Origin: Eledone cirrhosa | Lineage: Eukaryota | Direction: 5' to 3' | Assembly: GCA_964016885.1 (NCBI GenBank) | Contig: OZ024742.1 | Span: 190,402,001-190,466,000 of the forward strand | Length of the DNA: 64,000 nucleotides | In this document: one piece after another, positions 39,130 through 53,956 of the stretch | Layout: every line of letters starts with the position of its first letter | How positions within the stretch are numbered: position 1 is the stretch's first letter | Program-made: the position numbers and the translations under genes | Notes under the pieces: generated by a model | The model's database searches: none | Told to the model about the DNA's origin: nothing | Seen by the model: the letters and a program-made list of their open reading frames with translations, nothing else

Positions 39130-41629
39130 CTAGCAGAAGTACCCGTCGTTGCCCGGGTGTAAGTCGACCTTTGGTCTGTTAGAATGTGTGAAAGTTACTT
39201 CCCGCGCATCACAGGTTCAAAACTTTGAACTTCAATGGAAAAAAATAGGTTAGTAGACACAGGTGTGTAATTTATTAATTGTAGTTACACAGTGTATCGT
39301 TGAAATTGTTCTCTGCACGACTGACGGAAGTCAAAATCGCTTGATATTGAATGTTCAGTTAATTTAAAGGAGGGTGAAAATGTCGATTACATTCAGGTAT
39401 TTTTTTTTTTACAATTTTTGCGCTCACATGTGCAGAAGAAGAATTAAAAGGGCCTTTATCTTAACCGCGGCATAATGGCGAGTCTTTTGTGACAGTTTTA
39501 GAGAATATAGGACGTTCCTGTAAAAAGTTTTCCCATGTGTAACTTTGCCTTGTTTTTTTGCGCAAACTCGAGCCCCGCTTCAGTTTTATTGACTTTTTAC
39601 ATCAATGCGTGATCTCTGAAGTAGATTTGAGTAGCTAAAAGCCTGTACCGGTAAATTTGCTATAGGTGAAAAAAAGTTGATCAAAATTGTATCTAGGGTT
39701 ATTGCCCTTTGCCACAGCCTCAAGCCTCGTCTGACGGGATGTTGGTGATTCCTCCGTCAGCGCTTGTTGGCGACGAAGGCGAACATCAGCAAGCCTTGTC
39801 GTACGTGATGTTGGTGACTCAACCAGCCGGGAAAGACGTCTATCAGCGAGTCGAGATTCGCGCTCAGCAGGTGTTTCCTAGAGAAAATTAATTAATTCTA
39901 CTGGTTAGCTAAGCCAATGGCAGTGTCAATAGTAAATGAGAAAAGTCTAACATGAACAAAAGGGAATCAAGGTAAGACAATAAATTTAATATAACTACGA
40001 TTAGAATGTTGTAGTTGCTTAAAAGTGGTGACAGTTAGGATAAACGCAGTACTTGCTAACATTAAGGGAGAATATTGCATAAAAAATTAATCAATTGTGA
40101 ATGAACTCATACCTGAGAACGCCTAATTCGTTGTCTCAAAGCAATAGCTGTACCTTATTTGGGGGTAAGTCTTGAACGTTTCCGTGTGGGCATAACGACG
40201 TGTAACGAAGCTGTTAGGTTAGAGAGAGGTGATTAAATACAGAGAGAGATGACACCAGATTCGTTAACATGGTTACTGGTGAATGGGAAGGTTTGGAAAT
40301 ATGATTACAATAACTTACCGAATTTTCCCGTCTATAAATTGCACTTAAAATAATTAAATTTAATCAAAAAACAGCTCTGCGCTTTATACTCCGGTGAGCT
40401 TTATGTATAAATAATACAATGGTAATCAATCACGGCTCTAACAGAAGTAATAGATCTAGACTAAAAGTAAAGAAGATAGCATTTTCTGGTTGGCCTTACA
40501 CGCCGTTGCGCGGACCTGATTTTAAATGATACGCCTTATATCCTGGTGAGCTTTATAGAGCGGAAATATCTATTGGAAAAGAATACGAATTCATGACCAA
40601 GGTGTGACAACATAGGCGTCTATACAGCGCCTGAAACAAACTTGTCCAAAACCCTAGGATTTTTCTCGTTAAGTATCCACCCAAAAGGAACCGTTTTTTA
40701 GTTACAAAAAATAACCAAAGTGTATAGTAGCTATATTTATGACATATCATGCCAAAAAGAACAATATATTCAAAAAATGTTCTAAAGTACATTCAATCTC
40801 TCTTTTTGACCGATATCTTAATAAGCAAGTTATCGATTTTTTTTTGGCTGTCAGTGTCTATCTACATGCAGGTGTGCACGTGTGCGCAATTAATTGCAAA
40901 TACGCTCATAACATTTAGTCGTAAGCAGAACAAAAAATGTCATTAGAAGTGGGATAATAATGAAGGCACAAACCCTGGTGAACTGACGTTTAAACACCCG
41001 AAAAGTTACTCACTTCCTGTGCAAAAGACTGTATTATAAATTAAGTAATTTTTTAGAATCTTTTGTTTAAAAAAGGAAAATATTGGTACGACGTAAATGT
41101 TTTTACTTGTATTGTATGTGTACAATACAACTTGGTCAACGTATTATTTAGTAATTTTTTTTCAAAAAGCATGATTATTTAAGACTGTTTGAAAATTTAC
41201 TCACAGCTTTTAGGTTCACAAAAGACACCATTAAATTTGGTTCCCTTTTCAGATAGGGATAATACTGTATTTCCACTTGAATAAGGTGGAATATGAAAAG
41301 AGAAACTCTTTAATGGTCGGTCGTTTACTGAGACAGCTGGGAAGACATGCAGCTGGCCGTCCAATCAATAACGCACGTCCTTATATGGGCATATGAAATT
41401 TATTTTTATTGCACCAGATGTAAACTAAGAGTTCTTGTGTTCGAATTCACATAAAATTTCATTGGAATCGAAAAATATTCTGTCATAGGGCCCGATTATC
41501 GATTTTTCGAAAATTTCAAGTAGCCTATTCCACTCTACGCGTTGAGTTTTATATATGTGTGAGGTTTCATGAAAATTGGATGAACGGTGTAGCCTGCAAG
41601 TTCGGTACACTAAACAATGTCCATCTTCC

Positions 41630-41640
<11 letters not shown>
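39130..41640 (-). mobile_element. 2.5-kb Helitron deletion derivative
   Basis: 3' hairpin cccgggcaacgacggg + CTAG|T at 39130; 5' (TA)-rich start tatataaagggaagatg; internal STPR-like coding remnant. Confidence 0.75.
39635..39877 (-). pseudogene. STPR-like repeat exon (RepHel N-terminal remnant)
   Basis: After acceptor ttttctctag: ETPAERESRLADRRLSRLV ESPTSRTTRLADVRLRRQQALTE ESPTSRQTRLEAV...; the E(S/T)P..R..RL repeat has one 23-aa spacing. Confidence 0.65.
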
Positions 41641-41689
<49 letters not shown>

Positions 41690-41984
41690 ATTTACGCCGT
41701 AACTATATTTTTTCTTAATATATTTTTATAAAGAATATGTTGATAATTATGATGATGAGGAGGATAATCAAGATGATATGATGGGTTCTCCGTCTGTTAC
41801 AATGATAAGCATTTCGATTGATCGACAACATTGAATGATTCAATGTTGTGAGTGTGTGATAATTTGGCAGACACGTGCACTCCTAACGTTATTCTAAAAT
41901 CAAACCAGCTTGATAAAAATGGGACAATATGTATCCTCGAATTTCAAGTAGCATCCAACGAACTTCCATTATTCTTCCATCAAA

Positions 41985-42176
41985 GGCGGTGGATTGGTAG
42001 TATCAGTAGAGGGTCGGACGCCATGCTTTGACGCATAGAGTTATGGCCCATGCCATTCTGAGTTCAAATACCGCCGAGGTTAACTTTACCTTTCATCCTT
42101 ACGGGGTCGATAACATAAAGTACCAGTAATGCAATAGGTATTTGCTGGCCTTGTGCCAAAAGTAGAAACAATTATT
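41985..42176 (+). mobile_element. Meta-domain SINE, full length
   Basis: A/B boxes, core and tail; flanking duplication attattcttccatcaa (TSD). Confidence 0.9.
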
Positions 42177-42399
42177 CTTCCATCAAGCTAATTTCACTTA
42201 CAATGCTGGGATCGACACTTGCCCTGGATTACAGGCAGTGGGATCGAACCCGATACCCTATGATTGCGAAAACGAACGTGTTAACTACTCAGCCATATTT
42301 ATAAATGTTGTTTGCTGAGTATTATTGTATTCTTCTTCTTCTTCTTCTTCTTCTTCTTCTTCTTCTTCTTCTTCTTCTTCTTCTTCTTCTCTGAAGCCG

Positions 42400-43100
42400 A
42401 AGCACCAGCTCCTGAAATTCATTTATTTAATTCAACTTCCTGCCCTTCTCGTGAAAACGGCCCCGAGATATTTCAACTTCTCCACTTATTTCAATGGAAC
42501 TACATTCACATGCAGAGAACCCTCTATAGGATTCTTGAAAGGACGTCTCAGTTTTGACTGCACGGATATTCATTCCTGCCATGCAGCAATTTAGCATCAA
42601 ACCTATTCATTACAAATCAGAAATCGCCTTCCAACGAGTTTTGTAGCACCATGTCGTCTGCAAATATCAGCCAACTAATGTTAGAGGTGCCGGTTTTGAT
42701 ACCACTTTCGAACTGGCTGCATATTTTAATCCTGTTCATGAAGATTATGGAGAGGAGAGGTGACAATACATATCCTTGGCAGAGTTTAACACCCACATTG
42801 AATGGTTTTGATATTTATCCGGATAGAGATGGTAGCGTATTCGTATATGGATTTCAAGGCAACAATAAGCTGTCGGTTTATTCCATACTGCAGTAGAATT
42901 TTCCACAACAATTCCGTTAATCGAAGTTGTATGACTTTTCGAGTTCTGCGCATCAAACATATACCCCTTGCAATACTTCTACGACGCAGAATGAAGACTT
43001 GGTCTGCTATGCTACGCCCGGCATGAAAACCACACTATTCATCAGTTAGCTTGGACTCAACAATATCCCTACATCTCTTTGTCAGACACTTAGCTTTGAC
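42400..43100 (-). pseudogene. Old RTE-like RT fragment
   Basis: QGYVLSPLL and NISWLIFADDMVL in broken frames. Confidence 0.55.
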
Positions 43101-43641
43101 TTTATTGTGTTGAGTATTGTCCTCTATAAAATGGTTCAGCAGTTGCTTTTCAATGTATTTTGACACCCTAGTGGATGCAGGTATGGGGGATTGGTTATAA
43201 AGTTTGTTTTGCAGGGATAAGGTTCATGGTTCAATCCATTTGTTAGTTCTTTTGGGCCTGTGTCTTCTACGAAATTATCGGGTGGACACAAAAAGTGTGA
43301 ATGTGAGTGGAATTCGGGCGAGGAAAACGTATGGATGCTCGTTACAGGAAGTGTACAATTAATTCATTGTTACACAACACACACGTCGAGCTAATATACA
43401 TTTGTCCGCCACTTACACTTTGGATCAATGACAGGTAATAAAGATGATCGGACACCAAAGTAGCCCTCGTTGAAACTGATGATATTTCATATAAAAAAAT
43501 TGAAACGAAGATAATTGTGGATTGAACCCAAAGCACAGAGAATCAGAACAAATAATGCAGGGCATATAAAATGACGCTTTAGCGATTCCCTCAAGTCGAA
43601 GCCTATTTTAATATTTGATGACGAGCACTCAGTTGTACTAA

Positions 43642-44470
<829 letters not shown>

Positions 44471-44620
44471 TATATATATATATATATCCGTATGTTTGTC
44501 TGTATTTTTACATACATACATACATACATTCATATATGCATGCATACATGCATTCAAGCATGTACGCATGCTTGAATCAAAACGCAGGAAATAACTGTCA
44601 AAACAGTCAATCGCTATCAA

Positions 44621-45322
44621 TAATAATTGTTTCTACTTTTGACACAAGGCCAGCAATTAATCAGTACATTACTGGTACTTTATTTTATCGACCCCGTAAG
44701 GATGAAAGGCAAAGTTAACCTCGGCGGGATTTGAACTCAGAATGGCAAGGGCTGTAACTCCATGCGTCAAAGCATAGCGTCCGACCCTCTACCGGTACTG
44801 CCAATCCAGCGCCCAATAATAATGATTTTTAGTAGAGGCACAAGGCCAACAATTTTTGGGGAGAGGAAAGACGATTAAATCGACCCCAGTGCGTGACTGG
44901 TACTTTATTTTACCAACACCGTAAGGATGAAAGGCTAAGTTAACCGCGGCGGGAGTTGAACTCAGATCATAAAAGACCGTAACTCTATGCTGCAAATCAT
45001 AGCGCCCGACACTCCGCGGCGGGAGTTGAACTCAGATCATAAAAGACCGTAACTCTATGCTGCAAATAATAGCGCCCGACACTCTACTGATACTGCCAAC
45101 AATAATGGTTTCTCATACAGGCACAACGCCAGTAATTTCGGTGGAGGGCAAAGTTGATTCAATCGACCCCATTGCGTGACTGGTAGTTTATTTTATCGAC
45201 CCCGTAAGGATTAAAGGCTAAGTTAACCGCGGCAGGATTTCAACTCAGATCATAAAAGACCGTAACTCTATGCTGCAAAGCATGGCGTCCGACACGCTAC
45301 CGATACTGCCAATCCACCGCCC
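44621..45322 (-). mobile_element. Array of three Meta-domain SINEs plus a ~70-bp internal duplication
   Basis: Units ~44621-44812, 44826-45098 (44944-45013 duplicated) and 45105-45322. Confidence 0.85.
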
Positions 45323-45682
45323 TAACCGCTATAAATAATAATAACGTAAGAAAATCAGGTAGAATACACTTAGATATAAAAAAGCATGGCAGCAATCATT
45401 ACGGAGCATCTAAATTCGTATTTCTCGAATTTCAGCCGAACACGTTAGCCACGACGCCAAGAGCCGACTGACAACAGATTCTATTCAATTCAAGAGATAC
45501 ACTTAACAACTTGCCACTAGAAGACGAAGTAAACAAAACATAATTTATTGAGAGGTTTGTATGATTTGAAATGCAACAATAAATAGTTATACGTACATAT
45601 ATAATGTACGAGAGAAATCTTGCCATTTTTTAATGTATGTATATATTAAAAAGTATGTAACAGAAATTACAGAGGTGATGTG

Positions 45683-45728
<46 letters not shown>

Positions 45729-45816
45729 GGGGTAACAAATAATTGTTATATGCAGTCCACTTAGTATAGCAAACCGTGTCACTCTTCTTTCCTGATTTAT
45801 ATATATATATATATAT

Positions 45817-45875
45817 ATAAATGTAAGTATGTATGTATACGTACATACATACATGTATACAGACGTACAGTAGCA

Positions 45876-45941
<66 letters not shown>

Positions 45942-46693
45942 TATACATATATGCATACAGGTACACATACATATATGCACGCATCAGTTTAGCCGACGTT
46001 TATTATAACGCCGCTTTGTTCGTTTGTTTGTCAACAAACCGAACAGCCTGAATTTATGCCATACGGTGTTAAGGCAACCACGTCACCTTTTTGTTCAACA
46101 CTGACACAGGAACGATGTACTAGTTTCAAGCTTGTTAGCTATCATCAGCACCGTATACCCTTCTGCCAGATGGTTGAACGTTCGAAAGTATATACTTTCC
46201 TTATGAAAATTAACGGCTGAGCAGCCTAATTTGCATATTGAGTGAGTTAAATCGGTCAGGCATACCGAAAACGATAAGTTGAAAAAAATGAAAACGAAAT
46301 TTCATTTCTCACTCTTAGTATGGCACTTACTTAAATGTAAGTATGTATGTATACGTACATACATACATGTATACAGACGTACAGTAGCATGCATATATAT
46401 ATATATATATATACATATATGCATACAGGTACACATACATATATGCACGCATCAGTTTAGCCGACGTTTATTATAATGCCGCTTTGTTCGTTTGTTTGTC
46501 AACAAACCGAACAGCCTGAATTTATGCCATACGGTGTTAAGGCAACCACGTCACCTTTTTGTTCAACACCGTATGGCATAAATTCAGGCTGTTCGGTTTG
46601 TTGACAAACAAACTAACAAAGCGGCGTTATAATAAACGTCGGCTAAACTGATGCGTGCATATATGTATGTGTACCTGTATGCATATATGTATA

Positions 46694-46783
<90 letters not shown>

Positions 46784-46897
46784 TGCTACTGGACGTCTGT
46801 ATACATGTATGTATGTACGTATACATACATACTTACATTTAAGTAAGTGCCATACTAAGAGTGAGAAATGAAATTTCGTTTTCATTTTTTTCAACTT
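45817..46897 (-). mobile_element. Family A element: ~1.5 tandem units (period 514 bp) plus inverted segment
   Basis: taaatgtaagt at 45818 and 46332; inversion at 46565 with aacac microhomology. Confidence 0.85.
46112..46154 (-). ncRNA. Minimal type I hammerhead (family A)
   Basis: acggtg-CTGATGA-tagctaacaagctt-GAAA-ctag-TA-catcgt. Confidence 0.9.
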
Positions 46898-46916
46898 ATA
46901 TATATATATATATATA

Positions 46917-48080
46917 GTGAAAAATGGAGCGCGAACAAAACAGAGAGGCAGTACGAACAAAGCTTTATTAGTTTCATGCTCTTGAGAGTGGGAGGGGGGG
47001 AGGGGCTAACGACGTTTCGGACATAAGCCCTTCTTTAGGCGAAAAGTGTGTGGGGGAGAGACATTTAGAAAATAAGGGGGGGGGGAACGGTGGAAGCGGT
47101 ACAAATAAAAATAAATATAAAAAAAATAAAAATAAAAATAAACATGATGATAAACAAGTGGTGGGAGTGTGTGTATATATGTGGGGGTACGCACGTGTGT
47201 GGGGTGTTTATACGTATTGTGGAGTAGGTGGGGTGGTTGGAAAAAAAAATTTTGTGAATATGTCCGTGGGTAAATTCCTAAGGTAGTTCCGTAGAGGGTG
47301 TGGTGAGCTGCCGGATATTTTCCTTGTAATGGAGTTGATGGTGGGAACGATGGCCGATGTGTGTAATCCGTGGTTGTGTTGGTCGGAAGAGGGGAGATGT
47401 GGGGTGCGCGCGCAACAGGAAGTGGTCAGAGAGTTAAGGCAGGAGGAGGGTAGAGGAGACTGACAGGTGGAGAGGGTTGTGTGTCTGCGTGTGCAGATAA
47501 GTGGTCAGAGGGTCAAGGCATAGCAGCAGTAGAGGAGAATGGCAGGTGGAGAAAGTCAGTGTTTCAGTGTGTGCGGAGGTGCGGTGGACAGGGGAGAGGA
47601 TGGGTAGGTGTGAAAGGTGGGGTGGGGAGGCGGCCGTGCGGGGTGATGGTGTGTGTATTAGTAAAGGTGTTAGTGGGATGTGTGTGGGTGTGTGTGTGGA
47701 GGGGTGTGGGTGGAGCGGGGAGAGGGAAAGAAAGGTGTGGGGGAAGGTGGAGGGAGTGTAGTGTACTGGTGTGTGTGTGCGTGTTTGGATGAGTGTGTGT
47801 GTGGTGAAGGGTGTGTTAGTGGGTGTTAGTATACTGGTGGTGGGGAAAGGGTTGAATGCGTGTGTGTTAGTGGGGTTCTGTGGTGGTAGGGTGTGTAGAG
47901 TGGGTGGTGTAAATGGGTGTGGGTGTGTGTGTGCGGGGTCGGGGGGATGTCAGTGGTTTTAGTTGTGGGGTGGTGGGAGTGGATGTGTGGGTGATGGTTA
48001 GTGGTGGTAGTAGGGTGTGTGGATGGTGTGACTACGTGTATATATGTACTGGTGGGTGTGTGCGTGATAGGGGAGGGGGG
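46917..48080 (-). mobile_element. PLE-like AC-rich 3' region with degenerate HHR (47006-47042)
   Basis: CTAAAGA-agggc ttat gtcc-GAAA-cg-TC, downstream AATAAA, ends at (TA)n. Confidence 0.6.
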
Positions 48081-48414
48081 AATATATATATATACATATA
48101 TATATAATGAAAAATGAAAAATTAGAAATAAAAGTTAGGATTATCCATCAACAGTTGTCTACTAGGCATCATAGATATTTCTACGCATTACAGACAATAA
48201 ACCTCCACCTAGGGCGATTCAATAGCTAAAATAAGATATTGGGATAAAAAGAAGTGGGTGGAGAAAGAGAAGGACATGTGAACAGACACGTTGGCTGAAA
48301 CAACGTAAAGGGAGGAAACATATATATATATACAAATAAAATACAGAGTTACTAACTCATATTGATACCCTGCAATTAACAAGCTCAAAGTATAAATACT
48401 GCGCATATAATAAT

Positions 48415-48565
48415 GCTTTGATGCAAAGAGTTACATCCCTTTACGATCTGAGTTCAAATCCCGCCGAGGTTGACTCTGCCTTTCATCCTTACTGAGTCGA
48501 TAAAATAAAGCACCAGTAATGTACTGGTTAATTGCTGGCCTTGTGCCAAAAGTAGAAACAATTAT
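48415..48565 (+). mobile_element. Meta-domain SINE, 5'-truncated
   Basis: B box, core, tail. Confidence 0.85.
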
Positions 48566-48912
48566 ATAATAATATATGTAGAAATAAACACAGTAAATTG
48601 TGTGTCTAAATTTACAAGGGTAGAAATATCACATTGGTTCGATAGATTTAACCTGAAGCAAACGTAAGATATATAATATATATATATATATATACAGACC
48701 GTCTCAATAACTATTTCATCTCTCAGGGCGAAACAGATTAAATCTCTAATTTGTCCGAGAGATGAAATAGTTATTGAGACAGTCTGTATATAGATATATT
48801 ATATATCTTACGTTTGCTTCAGGTTAAATCTATCAAACCAATGTGGTATTTCTACCCTCATAATTTTAGACACACAATTTACTGTGTTTATTTCCACATA
48901 TATTATTATATA
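48564..48912. repeat. Fold-back inverted repeat (arms ~165 bp, diverged)
   Basis: 48564-48731 versus 48750-48912. An HHR-like 3' half (GAAAtagTTattgag) lies next to the apex. Confidence 0.85.
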
Positions 48913-49223
48913 TATACATATAGCGAAAGGTCTGTTTCCTACACGCTCATGAATTCATCCAGTTTATACTGATCGAATAACCATGTTGCTTGTTTTTTCT
49001 TCCCATCTTCGGTTAGCCTTCCCTTCTTGTTGTTTACTTGTCTCACTCGCTTTACGCGTTTCACTTGTCCCAATAACTTATTTTAGTTATTGCTCGCACC
49101 AACGTGAGGTATATGATTTTTAATGCGATGAAATACCACTGATCGTTGGCAAATCACTGATGAGGGACTAATTTTATAATATGTAATCCATGTGCAACCA
49201 TGCAGTATTCTTCGCCCCATATT

Positions 49224-49278
<55 letters not shown>

Positions 49279-49329
49279 TATATATATATACATATAAATG
49301 TACACGCATACACACACACACACACACCC

Positions 49330-49408
<79 letters not shown>

Positions 49409-50085
49409 GCTAACGTAAACCCATAACACTAAAACCACGCAGATATGCATGCGCACTCGCTCTGCCTCTTTCTCTCTCTCTCTCTCACACACATACACAG
49501 GCATACACATACACACACAGTTGCCTGCACATACACAACACACCTTCATACATATTTCCCCAAAGCAGTCATGATCACCGTCAAATAAAAATGAATAGAA
49601 ATTAAAATAGCTCCTACAATAATGCTGAAACACATGTTCATACTGACACACACTTATATATCAGATATATATGAGATATATACGCTGGTATTACTTTTTG
49701 TGGCATAATTTAAAAAAAGTTCATCTGAGTATGCATAGAAAGTTTTCAAATATGAAATATTTAAAAATTAACTTTAATCTTGTGAATTTTTTTCCCGTCG
49801 TGATTTAAAACAAAATGACGGTATAATTTCCCGACAGCGAAGTTTTCTTCCGTATTAACTATTTTTTTTTATTGATTTCAAAGAATTAATAGAATGTTAT
49901 AAAATACTTTGAAGTTCCTATATTAGAAAAAAATTTATGTACATATTTTGCCGAATTCTTAGTTTCTTGTCTAGGAGCTGGAATCGGAATTTCAATTCCC
50001 TCCCCCCCTCTCTTTCTCTCCCTCCCTCTCTCTTCCTCTCCCCCCCCCCCTCTCTCTCTCTCTGTTTATATATATATAAATATAT

Positions 50086-50151
<66 letters not shown>

Positions 50152-50333
50152 TGTATATGTATATGTATATATATATTCGTGTGTATTTGGTGAAAATATA
50201 AAGATATACATGCGTATAGATATATACATCTATCTATGTAGCTGCATACAAATACTCACATATAAATTTATATATGTTATAGGTAATCAGATCACATATT
50301 TTTGGACGCGTAAGTTTTTTCATATATATATGA

Positions 50334-50402
<69 letters not shown>

Positions 50403-50415
50403 TATATATATATGC

Positions 50416-50447
<32 letters not shown>

Positions 50448-50526
50448 ATATATATATACATACAAATATATATATATATCCATACACACACACACATACA
50501 CACACACACACACATATATATATATT

Positions 50527-50605
<79 letters not shown>

Positions 50606-50979
50606 GCTTATATGCGTGTGTGTGTGTATGTATATATGCGTGAATAAGTGTGTGATTATAAATGTATATACAGACAGTAGTATGTTAGGGCTATATGTTT
50701 CAAAATATTCTGTGGTTGTACACAACAGTAAACAGGTGTTTTCTCTTTTTTATGTTCTGTTATTTCTAGATTTTTTATGTTGTGTTATTTCTAGATATAT
50801 ATACATATAAAGTAAATAGTCACGTAAATATATACATACATTCATTCTTTCATACACAAACACAGAAACATACACAAGCACACACTCATATGTCAACATA
50901 TATTGATAGACATATATAATATATAGGTTAATATACATATTCGTCTCTCTTTCTCTCTCCTGATATATATATATATATA

Positions 50980-51025
<46 letters not shown>

Positions 51026-51129
51026 TACACACACACATATATATGTGTGTGTGTGTGTGCATGTGCATGTGTGTATATATATGTATGTCTATATCTATAT
51101 ATATATATCTTTCTACATATACACACACA

Positions 51130-51176
<47 letters not shown>

Positions 51177-51286
51177 GTATATATATAATATATATATATA
51201 CATAAACACACAAACACACGCTTTCTCTCTCTTTCTCTCTATCTTACACACACACAAACACACACATACACATACACTCCCCTCCC

Positions 51287-51342
<56 letters not shown>

Positions 51343-51586
51343 TTATTTGCAAGCGTATATGGAACGACAAACATTATACATAAACAAGAAGCAACCTCTG
51401 TAAACCAAAATATCATAAAATTGAAAATAAAAATTCCCAGTGAAAAACCAACGTAAGAAATTGAGGTTTTCCGCTTGAAAACTCCCATTGGTCTCTTTTG
51501 TTTTAAATCGATTAGAATTGTAGCAAATGTTTGCTGTGTATCAAATGAATATAAGTCTAACATTAAGTGAACCTCACTGAAGAAGG

Positions 51587-53814
51587 TGTAGTGAGAGTCG
51601 CCTCTCTTGTTATGACGTCAAGTCAAAGATTGCATTTTCTAACGGACAGTTGGACTCCCTCCGAACTGATAACATCTTCCTAGGGACCTCCACATGAAGG
51701 GGCCTAGGGATGGACATGCATTCCGATCCTTTCTTACTGCTGTTTGCTAACATATAACTCCAGGTATGAACTAACATTTATGCACATACCACTCCATCAA
51801 TAAAACATTTGTTACGTTGATAAGCTCTGTTGTTTTTACTCTGATACCAATGCATACATACCAATAACTTCCAGTGTATTCAATGGAGTCATAACATATA
51901 AAAAATAGAATATATTCCCATCGGATACTGACTAGCTATCCTCTACACCTGATGACCATATATCTTCTAAAGTGGTGACATCCGAAGATAAATCAAGAAA
52001 ACGCAGCCTATTTAATTTCGCCATTCGCTTTAATGGTAACATCGAATGACTTATTAAACTGTTGATTCGCGCAGACAACTAAAACGAACACACAGACACA
52101 CGTTGAACTTTTTGTTTGGACAAACCTTTACTCACCTAGGTGACGTTATTTCGGACAAAAAAAAAAAAATTCCTCTAACATGGATTTTTTCTCCGACTCT
52201 GTCTACAACGAAAAATAGAAGTAATCTTTTTCTCAGCAGCAAACAAACAAGAAAACATTTTGCTCTTCACCTCACGTGTCTCACGTGTTTACATCGTGTA
52301 AATATGTTTCACTCACTGGATATATCCTTCGTTCTTCTCACAACGAACACTAAAAAAAGACTTGGACTCCTGTATTCTTATATTCAACATGTCAATTTTG
52401 ATGAACATTACAGCTCGCTTACTCATTCAACTAAGCCTTTTTCGCTACTTTTTCATCACTTTCACAAAAAAATTGAACTCTCGCAATATTTTTAATACAA
52501 AGTGAATAAAGGCTTTCCTTATTTTTCATCATATTGTCACGTTCACACACACATTTTCCAAAATGGCTGCCAACGACCTGTTCCACTATCATTTTCGCGC
52601 CATTTTCTCGCGCAAAAGATATATTTTTTTTATTCAACTTGAGTTTAACCTTGTTTCGGCACGTGTGGGAGCACACATGTCGACTCACTGAGATAACACA
52701 CGCCATAGATAATGTTTTTGCCAAGGATTCTCCAGTCTTAAGCTATATTCTCCTATTTGCCGGTTTAAAAATTTACCACGTAAATTTGCCGTTGAAAACT
52801 GCGCATTTATTCAGAATGCTTGTTTCGCTGGCCTCTTGACTCATCCAGGTGAACGCGTTCTCAACATCGACCATCAACTTTGGCTGTTATTTCTAGAACT
52901 TTGCGCAACTCATTTTTTTTCTGGGAAACTTTTTACTATGAATTGAAACAACTTCGAAAGGCTATCTCACTCCGCGAGACAACAACATCAACAACAACAA
53001 CAGCAGCTTCATCTGTGGTCTAGCAACAACTAAAACCAGCAGAACCGACTAGAGAATTTATTTTTGCAGTTCTCTTCCTGTGAAAAATTTCCCACCAGCC
53101 TTCGAAGGTTGGGAATTTTACGTTTGAACACAGAACAGAAAATAACTGCATACATTCTCTCTGGAAATTCATTTTTCAGCCCTGTTCTTCTGCCGCAATT
53201 TGTGCTTACATACCTGTGAACTTTATTTTGAACATTTGAACTTTGTTTATAATTATGTTCGAGCACGTTTCTTTGCTCGTTTGACCTCTTCTTTTAAGTT
53301 GGTTACATTGTATCGTTGTGTGATGGATAGATAGATGTCCAGCCGTTCTCTGGCCAAGAGCGGTTGGCTACATTGTATCGTTGTGTGATGGATAGATAGA
53401 TGTCCAGCCGTTCTCTGGCCAAGAGCGGTTGGCTACCTTGATGTCTATCATTAATCTTTGCATGCTTATATTTTGCTGTTTGATTTTGTTGCAGACATTA
53501 TTTGCTTTTGATAACTTTCATACCTGGTTTTTAGTATAACTTGCTCGCCATCTCACTGCATGCATCGGCCGTTGTATCGATGTTTTCCTCGTAAAAATCT
53601 AGCGGCAGGTAATGTAGTGACAGTCGACTCCCTTGTTATGACGTCAAGTCAAAGATTGCCTTTGCTAACGGACAGTTGGACTGCAGCCTCCGAACTGATA
53701 ACATCTTCCCAGGGACCCCCCATCAAGGGGCCTAGGGATGGACATGCATTCCGATCCTTTCTTACTGCTGTTTGCTAACATATAACTCCTGGTATGAACT
53801 GACATTTATGCACA
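51587..53814 (+). mobile_element. Decayed LTR retroelement: 5' LTR 51587-51947, truncated 3' LTR 53613-53814
   Basis: ~200-bp direct repeats; TGTAG...CTACA termini, TATA-like catataa, AATAAA; purine-rich tract before the 3' LTR; tggtgac PBS-like motif; 63-bp tandem duplication at 53301-53436. Confidence 0.6.
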
Positions 53815-53874
53815 CAACATATATATACACATACATGGAAGATCTTTTCCTATAATTTTGTTATACATATATAA

Positions 53875-53955
<81 letters not shown>

Positions 53956-53956
53956 A

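Noticed and set aside
52103-52839. ORFs of 97-130 aa inside the LTR element
   Set aside because: No recognisable domain or consistent frame.
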